From NCBI RefSeq assembly GCF_006345805.1, contig NC_043012.1, forward strand, positions 16,988,001-17,052,000: 64,000 bases of DNA. The letters run 5' to 3'. Numbering within the stretch: the stretch's first letter is position 1; each line of letters opens with the position of its first letter. Made by a program: the position numbers and the translations under genes. This DNA is from Octopus sinensis (Eukaryota). The notes under the pieces are model-generated. The model worked only from the letters and a program-made list of their open reading frames with translations, did not search any database and was not told the origin of the DNA. Shown here piece after piece: positions 51,963 through 64,000 of the stretch.

Positions 51963-52280
51963 TACAAGGGTGAATCAAAAAGTAATACCATTTAATTTAG
52001 AACAGGTATAATTACCAACACAGGAACGTGTATCATACATGAAAATGAAGCTGGTCCTCTGTGGATCACATCCCTACTTTTCAACATAGTCACCATTTCT
52101 CTCAATAACAATGCTCCACCTTCAAATGAGAGCATGTATCCCTGCCCCGTAAAATTCTGTTGACTCTTCTTTAAGCCGCTTCTTCACTACAGTTTTCACT
52201 TCCTCATCACTGGAATAATGTTTGCCTCTCAGACCCTCTTTCATGGGGGCTGAAGAGATGATAGTCTGAGGTGCTAAATG
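51963..52280 (-). mobile_element. Mariner transposase 3' fragment with TIR
   Basis: TACAAGGGTGAATCAAAAAGT terminus; minus-strand PMKEGLRGKHYSSDEEVKTVVKKRL...GIHAL..RW..IERNGDYVEK*. Confidence 0.85.
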
Positions 52281-53695
52281 TAATCCACTCATTCCCTCCC
52301 CACAAAAATTACTGCTCTGGTGGCAAAATTCAAAACCATTATTATTATTATTATCATCATCATCATCATTATTATTTTCTCTCTCAAATTCATTTTTATT
52401 TAATTTTCAAAAAGGAGTTGAAAAATATCAGAGAAGGAGAAAAGGTTATCATATTTCATTTCAAAGGTTGTGTGTATATGTGTGTGTGTGTGTGGAGGGA
52501 GTATTGTTCTTTTGGGTCTGTTTTTTTTCTGATTTTTATATATATATTTTTTTTTTAATGTTGAGAAGAAGAGGAAAAAATAAACACAAATAGTAAAAAA
52601 AGGAGAAAGCAAACTTGTATCCATTGAACAGTACTTCACTGCTTAGGACTGTAGGAATCCTTTTAAAAAGAATTTTTTTTTTTACTTCATAAATGAAATT
52701 GACAACAACAACAACAACAGCAACAAGAGAAATAATTTACAAACAATTCTATAAATTTTTAAATTTTCATTAAATTAAAATAATGGAAATTGTAATTCAT
52801 AATAGAAATATTCCTCCTTTGGAAATTGAACTGAGAAAAACAAAAACAAACAATCAAACAAAACAAAACAAAACAAAAGAAGATAAATCAAGCAAAAAAC
52901 AACAACAACAGCAGCAGCAACAACTACAACAAAAAAAAACATCCCCCTTGAAAAACTTGGAAAAGTAATTGGTTATTTCAGTTTTGATCATCCCTGAAGA
53001 GAAATGAGCTGCTAATGAACCTTATGTCCTTCACAAGGCCAGAGTGTATTTATTGTAAATAACAATAATAATAAAAATTCAATAATTCAGTAATTACCCC
53101 CCCCCCACACACACACACACACCTCCCCTGCCTTCTCCTTGTTTCACATTTGGAAAAAGAAAAATAGAGAAAATAAAAATTAATGCTATTTTCGAGGGTC
53201 ACTCATGCATATTATACAGATTTTATAGCCCCACAAGAGAAAGAAAGAAAAAAAAAAGAAACCCCTAAAAATGCAAGGAAAAGGGTTTATAGGAATTGGT
53301 GAGAGGATTAAAGTAAAAAGGAAAATACAGAATAATCAAAAGATCATCCTAAGATGATGATGATAAATAAAGCAGAAAGACCATAATACTGTTTTTTATT
53401 TCTCTGTGTTCAGATCTCACTGGGATTAATTCTACATTTTTATCTGCATTGAGTTGATTAATAAAAAATAGGAAAAAATAAAATAATATAAAATAAAATA
53501 TTGATGATGAAAATAAAACTTGCATACTAGTTGTTGTTGTTGGTGTTGCTGTTGTTCTCACTGTTGGTGACAGTATTGCTTTAGTTCTCCACGTCCAAGT
53601 CCACCTTGAGTTGAGTGAACAAACCTATGATCAAAGATATTTCAGCTTTGATTATCATTCAATTACAATCATCCAACATTGTTTTATTATTATTA

Positions 53696-53749
<54 letters not shown>

Positions 53750-53781
53750 TATTATCATCATCATTATTATTATTATTATCA

Positions 53782-53816
<35 letters not shown>

Positions 53817-55171
53817 TAGTAGTACTAGTAGTAGAGAGCAATTTGAGGGAGGTTTGGCAGCTATTTCGAGCTGCCCATATAGAGCCACCTTTATAGAATA
53901 TTGAGGTTCACATAATTTATTTTAGCTGTATTTTTCAGGATCAAAGAAATGTTTTTTTTTTAAATGTCTTTATGTCTAATCAAAATAATCCATTAAATGT
54001 CCTAATTGCTATTATAAGTACGTATTGGACACTGACAAGAAGTGTAATATTCTTTTCACACATTAACACCTTAGACCATACACACACACACACACGCACG
54101 AGCTAATGAAGGGACCTGTAATGTGCTGGAATTAGCAGCCAAGTCTTCCACAGATCAAACCATTCTTGAAAATAGGAAAATAGGTTATGTTGGATAATGT
54201 GATCCTAGGTTCTATGCAAGTGGGGGAAAGAAATGGGATGGTTACAGCTGGAATGCATCCGATGATAGGTCTACTCAATCATTGTGGTCCTGGGAATAAA
54301 CAACAACAACAGCAACAACAACAACAACATCTATTAGACTGATTGACTGAATGACAAAGATTAAGTGACCAACATGATGCTGTAATAACGGGTTCAGAAG
54401 TGAGCAGTTTCCTCTCATCTCTTCTACTGGTATTATAAAGGTCCCTGCCCTTCAGGACTTGTTACCTGCACCATATAGGCCCACTTAACCAACCAATTTC
54501 TGTCTCTGTTTCGCTCTTTGTCTCTCTCTTTCCCTTCTGTAACCCTCTTTATATTTCACTGCCTGGTCCTTCAGTATTTAGCTATGTAACTTTACTTTCT
54601 GAGTTCAAATCCCATCAAGGTTGATTTTATGTTTCATCTTTGTGGGAAGGAGAAAAGAAACTTATAATGTTAATTTGATTTACAAAACTACATATGTATG
54701 TATGTATTATACATGCATGCATACATATATATATATCTTTATTACCCACAAGAGGCTAAACATAGAGGGGACAAACAAGGACAAAGTATTAAGTCGATTA
54801 TATCGACCCCAGTGCGTAACTGGTACTTTATTTATCGACCCCGAAAGGATGAAAGGCAAAGCCGACCTCGGCGGAATTTGAACTCAGAACATAACGGCAG
54901 ACGAAATACGGCTACGCATTTTGCCGGCTGCTAACGTTTCTGCCAGCTTGCCTATATATATAATATAATATATATATATTTATAATATATATTATTATAT
55001 ATATATATTATATATATATGTATATATATGTTTTATGATTATATATATATGTATATATATTGTATAGATATATGTATAGAAGCATATATAGTATCTATAT
55101 ATATTATATAGTATATATATATGTATATATATATATGTATAATATATCTATATATATGTATATATATTATG

Positions 55172-55202
<31 letters not shown>

Positions 55203-55654
55203 TATGATATATATATATATATATATGTTAGTATATATATTATATGTATATATCTATGGTATATATGTATATATATAGATATATATATGTATATATATAT
55301 GTATATATGTATATATAGATATGTATATATATATATGTATATATATATATGTATATATATATTGTGTATATACTATATATAATGTATTATAAAAATTTGG
55401 CAATTAAGAACTACTTAAGAAGGAAAACTTAACAAGAAATGGTCAGGTAGATAGCGTAAAAACTCATACGAGAAAAAATTCGAAAATACTTATTTCTATT
55501 GAACATATTAATTATAGATAGAGGGCATAATTATACCTACAGCAGGAGGATTATATATACATGCCAAACGCTAAGAGGGACAATCAGTCATTTCTACCAA
55601 AAATATTACTAACCCACCGAATGCAATTTTTCAAAGTAAGACATTTAAAAATAT

Positions 55655-55701
55655 AGGCCTGTATCACAGTGATTTCATACTTACGTAATCATCAGCAGCC
55701 T
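55655..55701 (-). ncRNA. Type I hammerhead ribozyme, array copy 1
   Basis: Minus strand reads AGGCTG-CTGATGA-TTACGTAAGTAT-GAAA-TCACTGTGA-TA-CAGGCCT: complete core; stem I one base short; stem III TCAC/GTGA with 1-nt loop. Confidence 0.8.
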
Positions 55702-56048
55702 GAATGTATATAAATAACAACAAACCTTGCCTCGCTTAAGCCGAACAGCTAACTGATCAAACATACGAAGCACAGGGGGGTTTATATATCTTACATCGGG
55801 TGAATGGACTTTTACCAAAATTGCATTTCGGGAGAGGAGTTTTTCGGAATTTGCTAAGGCTCAACTACAGGAAAACTTAACGATTGTCAGGTAGATGTAC
55901 CTCATAAGAGCGAAAATAATTATTTCTATTGAACATTAATTATATATATAATTATACATATGCCAGGAGGATATACATGCCAAACGCTAGAGGGCAATCA
56001 GTCATTTCTACTTACTAATCCCAAGTCAAAGGAAGACATTAAAAATAT

Positions 56049-56096
56049 AGGCCTGTATCACAGTGATTTCAACTAACGTAATCATCCAGCAGGCCT
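56049..56096 (-). ncRNA. Type I hammerhead ribozyme, array copy 2 (degenerate or miscalled)
   Basis: Same motif with an extra base in the core (CTGGATGA) and altered stem II; perfect 7-bp stem I. Confidence 0.55.
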
Positions 56097-56537
56097 GAAT
56101 GTATTATAAATAAACAACAACCCTGCCTCGCTTAAGCCGAACAGCTAACTGATCAACATCAACGAAGCACATGGGTGAGTTTATATATTGCTTACATCCG
56201 TGTGAATGGCAAACTTTTACAAAATTTGCCATTCGGGGAGAGGAAAAGTTTTTTCGGAATAAAAATTTTGCAATTAAGGGACAACTACTTAATAAGAAAA
56301 AATTAACAAGAAATTGCAGGTAGAGAGCGAAAAACCTCATAAGAGAAAAAATTTCGAAAATAATTATTTCTTATTGAACATATTAATTTCTATAGAGGGC
56401 ATAATAGCTATACTACATGCCGGAGGCATTATATATACATGCCAAACGCTAAGAGGGACAATCAGTCATTTCTACAAACAAATATTACTAATCCCACCGA
56501 ATGATGCAATTTTTCAAAGTAAGACATTTAAAAATAT

Positions 56538-56588
56538 AGGCCTGTATCACAGTGGTGATTTCATACTTACGTAATCATCAGCAGGCCT
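56538..56588 (-). ncRNA. Type I hammerhead ribozyme, array copy 3
   Basis: Minus strand reads AGGCCTG-CTGATGA-T TAC GTAA GTA T-GAAA-TCAC CACT GTGA-TA-CAGGCCT: 7-bp stem I, GNRA-capped stem II, stem III, AUA cleavage triplet. Confidence 0.85.
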
Positions 56589-56805
56589 GAATGTATTATA
56601 AATAAACAAAAACCTGCCTCGCTTAAGCCGAACAGCTAACTGATCAACACAACGAAGCACATGGGTGAGTTTTATATATATTACATCGGGGGAATGGCAA
56701 CTTTACGAAAATAAATTTTTGGTGGAAATGGACGAGTGACCTAGTGGTTTGGCATGTATATATAATGCCTCCTGGGTATGTATAATATGCCCTCTATAGA
56801 TAAAT

Positions 56806-57118
56806 TTATAGTATATTATATATATATATATATATATATAGATTATATATATAGTAATGATATATGTATATAGGGATATAGAGTATATATTAGAATATAT
56901 ATATATGTATAGATATATAGGTATATAATATAGGTATGAATAGGAATATATAGATATATATATATAATATATATAGGTAGATATAGATAGTAATATGTTA
57001 TATATGGATATATATAGTATATAATAGAGGATATATATATTGGTATGTAGATATATAGATAATATGTATATATATATGTATATGATATATATAGGATATG
57101 ATATATATATATGTATAG

Positions 57119-57152
<34 letters not shown>

Positions 57153-57272
57153 GATATAGGGTATATATATATATATATATGATTCTATATAAGTATATAT
57201 ATGGATGAATATATAGATAGTATATATATATATATATATATAAGAGAGATATATATATAGTAGTATATATAG

Positions 57273-57307
<35 letters not shown>

Positions 57308-57325
57308 CATATATAAATATATAGT

Positions 57326-57357
<32 letters not shown>

Positions 57358-57687
57358 GATATAGATGTATATATATAGTATATATATATATATAGTATAT
57401 GATATATATATATATTATATAGAATAGAGATATATGATATATATAATCTATAGATAGATTATAGATAGTATATATAGAGTAATATATATATATATATATA
57501 GATATATATGTAGATATATATAATATATATATATATATATGTAGTATGGTAGATATATATATATATATATATGATATATATATGTATGTATATATATATA
57601 TATATAGTATATAATATATATAATATATGTATGTATGTATAGGTATATATATAATATATATATGTATGTATATATATATATATATAG

Positions 57688-57721
<34 letters not shown>

Positions 57722-57797
57722 TTAAGATATATGTATGTATATATATATATATATATTAGTATAATATTATATATATATGGATATATATATTGTATAT

Positions 57798-57839
<42 letters not shown>

Positions 57840-57962
57840 GATATATGTATATATATGTAGATATATATTTATATATTTATATATATATATTATATATATA
57901 TGTTATATATATAGATAATATATATATGATTATTAGATATAATATATATATATGTATATATA

Positions 57963-58027
<65 letters not shown>

Positions 58028-58069
58028 TGTATAGTATATATATATATATATATATATATTATTATGTAT

Positions 58070-58126
<57 letters not shown>

Positions 58127-58153
58127 TATATCTATATATATATATATATATAG

Positions 58154-58216
<63 letters not shown>

Positions 58217-58319
58217 TATATTATATATATAATATATTTTAATATAATATATATATAATATGTATATGATATATATATATATATATATATATAGATGATA
58301 TATATATATATATGATATG

Positions 58320-58392
<73 letters not shown>

Positions 58393-58416
58393 GTATATAT
58401 ATATATATTATATATC

Positions 58417-58468
<52 letters not shown>

Positions 58469-58478
58469 GGTATATATG

Positions 58479-58517
<39 letters not shown>

Positions 58518-58920
58518 GTATATATGTATATATATATAGATATATATGTTATATATATATATATATATATATATAGCTATATATATATATATTATATATA
58601 TGTATATATAGATATATATAATATATATATGTATATATATATATGATATATGTATATATATATGTATATGTATATATATATATGAGTAATATATATATAT
58701 ATGTATATATATATATGTATCTGATATGTATATTATTATAGAATATATATATATATGATATAATTATATGTATATATATATATGTATATATATATATGTA
58801 TATATATATATGTATATATATATATATGTATATTATATATGTATATATAATATGTAATATATATATGTATATATATATATGTATGTATATATATATATAT
58901 GTATATGTATATAGATGTAT

Positions 58921-58951
<31 letters not shown>

Positions 58952-59062
58952 ATATATATGTATATGTTATATATATATGTGTATATATATATTGTATATG
59001 TATATATATAGATGTAATATATATATGTATATATATATATATATATGGATATATATATAAGG

Positions 59063-59141
<79 letters not shown>

Positions 59142-59423
59142 TATATATATATATGTAGATATATATATATATATGTATATATATATATGTATATATTATG
59201 TAATATATATATGTATATATATATATATGTATATATAATATTATAATATGTATATAGTATATGTATATATATATATATTAATATTATATATGTATATAGA
59301 TATATATGTATCGTATATATATGTATATGTATATATATATGTATATATTATATATATGTATGTATATATATATATATGTATTGGTATATAATATATATAT
59401 GTTAGATATATATATATATTGTG

Positions 59424-59455
<32 letters not shown>

Positions 59456-59490
59456 ATATAATATATATATATATATATTTTATATTATAT
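56806..59490. repeat. Very long degenerate (TA)n tract; similar tracts at 18790-19820, 29030-29960 and 54953-55380
   Basis: Almost pure TA alternation with scattered G; source of the YI-repeat pseudo-ORFs. Confidence 0.95.
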
Positions 59491-59587
59491 TTTATTATTT
59501 CAACAATTGAGGTAAAATTAATAATTATTAATCAACTTCACCAAGTATCAGTATGTAAAGGGACCATTTAAGGCGAATTCAAAATAT

Positions 59588-59874
59588 TACATTATATAAA
59601 AGGGCTTAGTAAAATAAATACTTTGCCACATACTGAACTCATTAGAAATAGCAGCTAAAAAATTTTTTTAAACTTTTTCTAATACTTAAAGAAAATCTCT
59701 CTCAGATAGTGTTTGCTCAAACACTATCGTGAGTTGGTTTGAGCAAACACTATCTGAGAGAGATTTTCTTTAAGTATTAGAAATAGTTTAAAAAAAATTT
59801 TTTTTAGCTGCTATTCTAATGAGTTCAGTATGTGGCAAAGTAATTTATTTTACTAAGCCCTTTTATATAATGTA
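59588..59874. repeat. Long fold-back (~135-bp arms, ~14-nt spacer) in (TA)n
   Basis: TACATTATATAAAAGGGCTTAGTAAAATAAAT...TCTCAGATAGTGTTTGCTCAAAC pairs with GTTTGAGCAAACACTATCTGAGA...TTTATTTTACTAAGCCCTTTTATATAATGTA. Confidence 0.95.
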
Positions 59875-59905
59875 TATTTATATTATATATATAATATATA
59901 TATAG

Positions 59906-59961
<56 letters not shown>

Positions 59962-60475
59962 TTTGGCCAAAAGTCACCTGATAGTAAATTTTTCCTTTTA
60001 ATCTTGGAATTAAATGGTTTTGATTTACTGTCAGGTGAGGTTTGGCCAACCCTGTATATATAGTTTACTGTTCTGTATCTCATCAGTGAGAGATAAATAT
60101 CATTTCACATACACAGTATAAAGATATGATCTACTAATAGATTTTTGCTTTGGAGACCCATGTCTCCAAAGCGATAAACTTTTATTAGCCCGTATACTGT
60201 ATACATAAATTCACACATGCATGCAAACACGCACATCCACACATGCCCCATCTCATTCACACAATGGAATCCCACGCAGTTTCCATCTACCAAATTTACT
60301 CATAATGCATTCCTCAACACAAGGTATATAGAAGACACTTGCCCAAGGTGCCGTGCAGTGGGACTGAACTCAAAACTCTGTAATTGCAAAGCTAGCTTCT
60401 TAACCACACAGCCATGCTTGTGTCTAGTTATATATACTAGTCTTTCATACACTTTTTTTTCTTTTTCTTTTCCAG

Positions 60476-60894
60476 AGAAGACCTGCCTCGTCACAGCTAT
60501 GAATGTCATTACAGGCCACCTGTATGTTGGAACGACACTTGGGATTATTGTCGTGGCCGAAGCGCTAACCATGGTGCCTCTTGCTATCCTCCAGTGTCAT
60601 GGAACTAGCGAATTCTACATCAAAGCAATCCAACCTTTACAGGTAGACACGGGCATGATGGAGGTATGTACACCAGCATCGACAGTTGGAATTCCGCGGA
60701 GTGCTCAGTCATCAAGAGACCAGCGAGGCATCATCACCGTTGGCCGAGGTTTCGTGGACCCTTTTAGAAACTTTCTGGAGCAGCTGAAAAGGTCCTCTGT
60801 GCCTTACTTGGAAAGCGGCAAACTTCCCGATGACATGTATAAACGCCACGCGTTTCTTATTAGCTGGATTGCAGAGGACTGGTGCAATTATTGA
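60476..60894 (+). CDS. Lrrk: Terminal coding exon of LRRK-type gene (last WD40 blade and C-terminal tail)
   Basis: Strong polypyrimidine tract + tccAG at 60474-60475; phase 1 join gives K-KTCLVTAMNVITGHLYVGTTLGIIVVAEALTMVPL...RGIITVGRGF...HAFLISWIAEDWCNY*. LYVGTT-G-I-VAE, T-GRG and the terminal W-AE-W match the invertebrate Lrrk/LRRK1 C-terminus from memory. Stop TGA at 60892-60894. Confidence 0.85.
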
Positions 60895-61017
60895 TGTGTT
60901 TCATCCGTTACTCTTTCAAACTTGTTCTCTTAAAAGTAAAAATGAAAACTATAACTTTTGGGGGAAAAAGCAAAACGTCTAGAAATCAATTTAAGGAAGA
61001 CGGAAAAAGACCACAAC

Positions 61018-61023
61018 AATAAA
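61018..61023 (+). promoter_or_regulatory. Candidate polyadenylation signal of the LRRK-type gene
   Basis: First AATAAA ~125 nt after the stop codon; further AATAAA near 61115 and 61233, so the site actually used is uncertain. Confidence 0.3.
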
Positions 61024-61503
61024 AGAACAACATAAAATCTCTTTCAAATTTCTGAATTTCTCTGCCAAATGAAACAACAAAAAAAAAAAATGGATGGGGG
61101 TAAAGCAACAAAAAAATAAAATAAAACAAAAAAGAAGAAAACAAGAAGATATGAGCAAGTATGATAAAAAAAACGTACTTCTATGATGGTAAAAAATTTC
61201 CAGAGAAGTGGACTATTATTATATGATTATATAATAAATTTATATTATTTAATATTGTCGTATATATACTTTTGTTTTCGAAACTAAGATCTGTAACAAT
61301 GTTTGTGTTTTCCATGTTTTTCTAAAAAATTAATATAATTTAATTCAACTTAATTTAATTTGTGTCTCATTTCATTCTGTAGTATTTATTTAATTCTAAC
61401 ATTTCCGGAAACTTTTTACTCTTGACCATCACCCCAGCCCCTTTACTTTTTATGTATGTATGTATGTATGTATGTATGTATGTTGTATGTATGTATGTAT
61501 GTA

Positions 61504-61549
<46 letters not shown>

Positions 61550-64000
61550 TAAGTGTCTCTCTGTCCATATTTATGTATATGTACGTTGTGTAACTATTTG
61601 TATTATCAGTGAAACAGCAGCGAAATATCTCTGTGTCGTTCTTGTTCCTCTCCAGAGCAATACGTTTTGAGGTATGAGGTTTTGAGGTATAATGCGTCCT
61701 TAAAGGAACTTTCCCTGGACGAAAGATCACAGCCTAAAAGCGTTTAAACAACACACATTAAATATGTGACATACATACATATATACATACATACATACAT
61801 ACATACGTGTGAACGTATGTGTATATATGTATGTGTGTATGTATCTATGTGTTTTTATATATACATATCTGTGTTCAGTCCCACTGCGTGGCATCTTGGG
61901 CAAGTGTCTTCTGCTATAGCCTCGGGCCGACCAATGCCTTGTGAGTGGATTTGGTAGACGGAAACTGAAAGAAGCCTGTCGTATATATATATGTGTATGT
62001 GTGTGTATATGTTTGTGTGTCTGTGTTTGTCCCCCCCCCCATCACTTGACAACCGATGCTGGTGTGTTTACGTCACCGTCACTTAGCGGTTCGGCAAAAA
62101 GAGACCGATAGAATAAGTACTGGGCTTACAAAGAATAAGTCCCGGGGTCGATTTGCTCGACTAAAGGTGGTGCTCCAGCATGGCCGCAGTCAAATGACTG
62201 AAACAAGTAAAAGAGTATACCTATTGTGTATATGTGCGTGTGCGTCTGTTTATACGTATGTATTCAGAGATATACGTATATAAGTGTGTATGCGCGCGTG
62301 TTCGTATTTCCTTTGTCTTCTCGTGTGTTTGCTGATTGTAAACAATGTCGATAGCGCTAGATATGTCTCTTGCTTGCTGCCCATTGCGAAAGCATGTCCG
62401 GATTTCTTGCTTCGTTGCAAGATCATCGTACGCAAAGGGCTCAGTCGTATGTCGTAGTGTGCTTCTAGTTCTTTGCGTTAACAATTCCATATTGTTTGTT
62501 CTTCGATAGACTGGGAGATTATTTATACCCCTTGCTTGAAGAAACGGGTAGGGGTTGGCATCAGAAAGGTTTTCTGGTCATAAATAACTCTGCTCCAACA
62601 CGTTCCCGTCTGACCCATGCAAGCAAAGAAAAACAGACGTTAAAGTAAAATGTGTGTGTGTGTGTGTGTGGTATGTTTGTGTATGTGTGTCTATTGTTTT
62701 ATAGTTTTGTTTTTCTTCTTTGGGGGTCAAAATGCTGCCCCCTCCCACTCCCTTTTTGTAAAGAATGCAAATTGATTGCTTCCCGAAGAAGCTGGCTGTG
62801 ATGACGAAATTGCCGAAAGTTCTGGTCTGTGAATTGAAATGAACAGAAAAAAAAATTATTAAAAAAAAAACCTATAAAAATAATAATAAAAAAAAACAAC
62901 CTAAAACAAAATAAAACATAAACATATAGAAAAATTTATCAGAATTTAATGTAAAATATGAAAGCAAAAATATATATATGATAAAACAAAAGCAATGGAG
63001 GAAAGTGGTGTTGATGTTGGTGCAAATTTTTGTCTATGACAAGCGATGATGTAAATATTATAACGAGTTAATCTGATATTATCATAATATATTAATTATT
63101 TAAGGATTTTCAATTTTATAAAAAATATCCTAATTTATTCAGTTCATTTATTTGTCAAATTAATTATTGATATGTATGTATTTATTTGTTTATTTATTAT
63201 TTATTTATCATTTGTTATTAACTGTTCGATTTTATTAAATATTATATAACAACCTGATTCTTTTGTTTGTTATTTATCATTACTAAGACACGATGAATAG
63301 TGGATACCGATCGTAGGCGTTGCCGTATGGTTGAGAGAAGTTCACTTTGCAACCATGTGGTCATGGGTTCGATCTCATTGGATGGTACCTTGGGCAATTG
63401 TCTTCTACTACAGCCACGTCTTTTATATTTTACTTGTTTCAGTCATTAGACTGCGGCCATTCTGGGGCACCACTTTGAGGAATTTTTAGTCGAATGAATC
63501 GATCCCAGTACTTATTTTTGAAACTTGGTATTTATTCTCTCGGTTTCTTTTCCTGAACCGCTGAGTTACGGGGACGTTCCAATACCGGTGGGGGACAAAC
63601 ATAGACACTAAGATACACACATAGATGTATATATATACGATGAGATTCTTTCAGTTTCCTCCTCCCAAATCCACCCACGAGGATTTGTAGAAGATGCATG
63701 CCACATGACTAGAGTTGACGACACTTGCCCAATTTTCTCACTTCAAGCTTGCATTGGTGGATTTTTATTATCGAGTCTTATGTCAGTTTCTTTAGTAAAA
63801 CCGTGTACTCTTTGCTGAAGTGTTTCTAGTTGTTTATCACCTGCAGCTAACAACTTGAGGTTCATATACTAAAGATGAATGCTTGTCCTCATATAGCCTC
63901 TTTTTCCGATTCCTGTCTGTTTTAACATGCTGGCTAAAGGTGTTAATACCAGGTGGAAAAGGTGTAGAGAGAGAGAGGGAGTCCTTAGAATATTCCTTTT

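Larger units (their letters stand above)
55381..56805 (-). mobile_element. Tandem array of ~490-bp HHR-containing monomers (retrozyme / Penelope-like pLTR type) with terminal inverted segment
   Basis: About 2.7 direct repeats; shared blocks such as CATGCCAAACGCTAAGAGGGACAATCAGTCATTTCTAC and GCCTCGCTTAAGCCGAACAGCTAACTGATC recur three times. Each monomer has one HHR. 56706-56805 is an inverted partial copy. Both flanks are (TA)-rich tracts. Confidence 0.8.

Noticed and set aside
60217-60475. N-terminal part of the 225-aa ORF 60217-60894
   Set aside because: It is an antisense SINE remnant plus the polypyrimidine tract that happens to be in frame; the true exon starts at the AG at 60475.

Overview
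Eukaryotic, AT-rich, repeat-saturated genomic DNA; the SINE families and (TA)n/(TG)n/(GAT)n load point to an Octopus (cephalopod) genome (inference, not a database result). Almost all ORFs in the supplied track are microsatellite or SINE artefacts. The only host gene I can support is the 3' end of a + strand LRRK-type (Roco kinase) gene: three exons (21102-21307, 43255-43347, 60476-60894) with canonical GT-AG sites that join in frame across ~22 kb and ~17 kb introns. The introns hold tRNA-derived SINEs, RTE, CR1 and R4/Dong LINE ends, mariner/Tc1, hAT and piggyBac-like remnants, a Helitron-like STPR-repeat relic and a 50-bp minisatellite. The most interesting signal is a set of hammerhead ribozyme (HHR) motifs belonging to several unrelated non-coding elements, mostly embedded in (TA)n tracts: (i) a tandem array of ~490-bp monomers each carrying a type I HHR (55381-56805, retrozyme-like, with a terminal inverted segment); (ii) an intact type I HHR with an enlarged stem II (16315-16439); (iii) a family with a compensatory U3-A8 core variant, present in both arms of a long fold-back (18702, 27728, 27964); (iv) a tRNA-headed SINE ending in a decayed minimal HHR. 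Several further long fold-back elements share terminal sequence with each other. Together they suggest Penelope-like-element-dependent, ribozyme-bearing non-autonomous elements. Ribozyme activity is untested and all alignments were made by eye.
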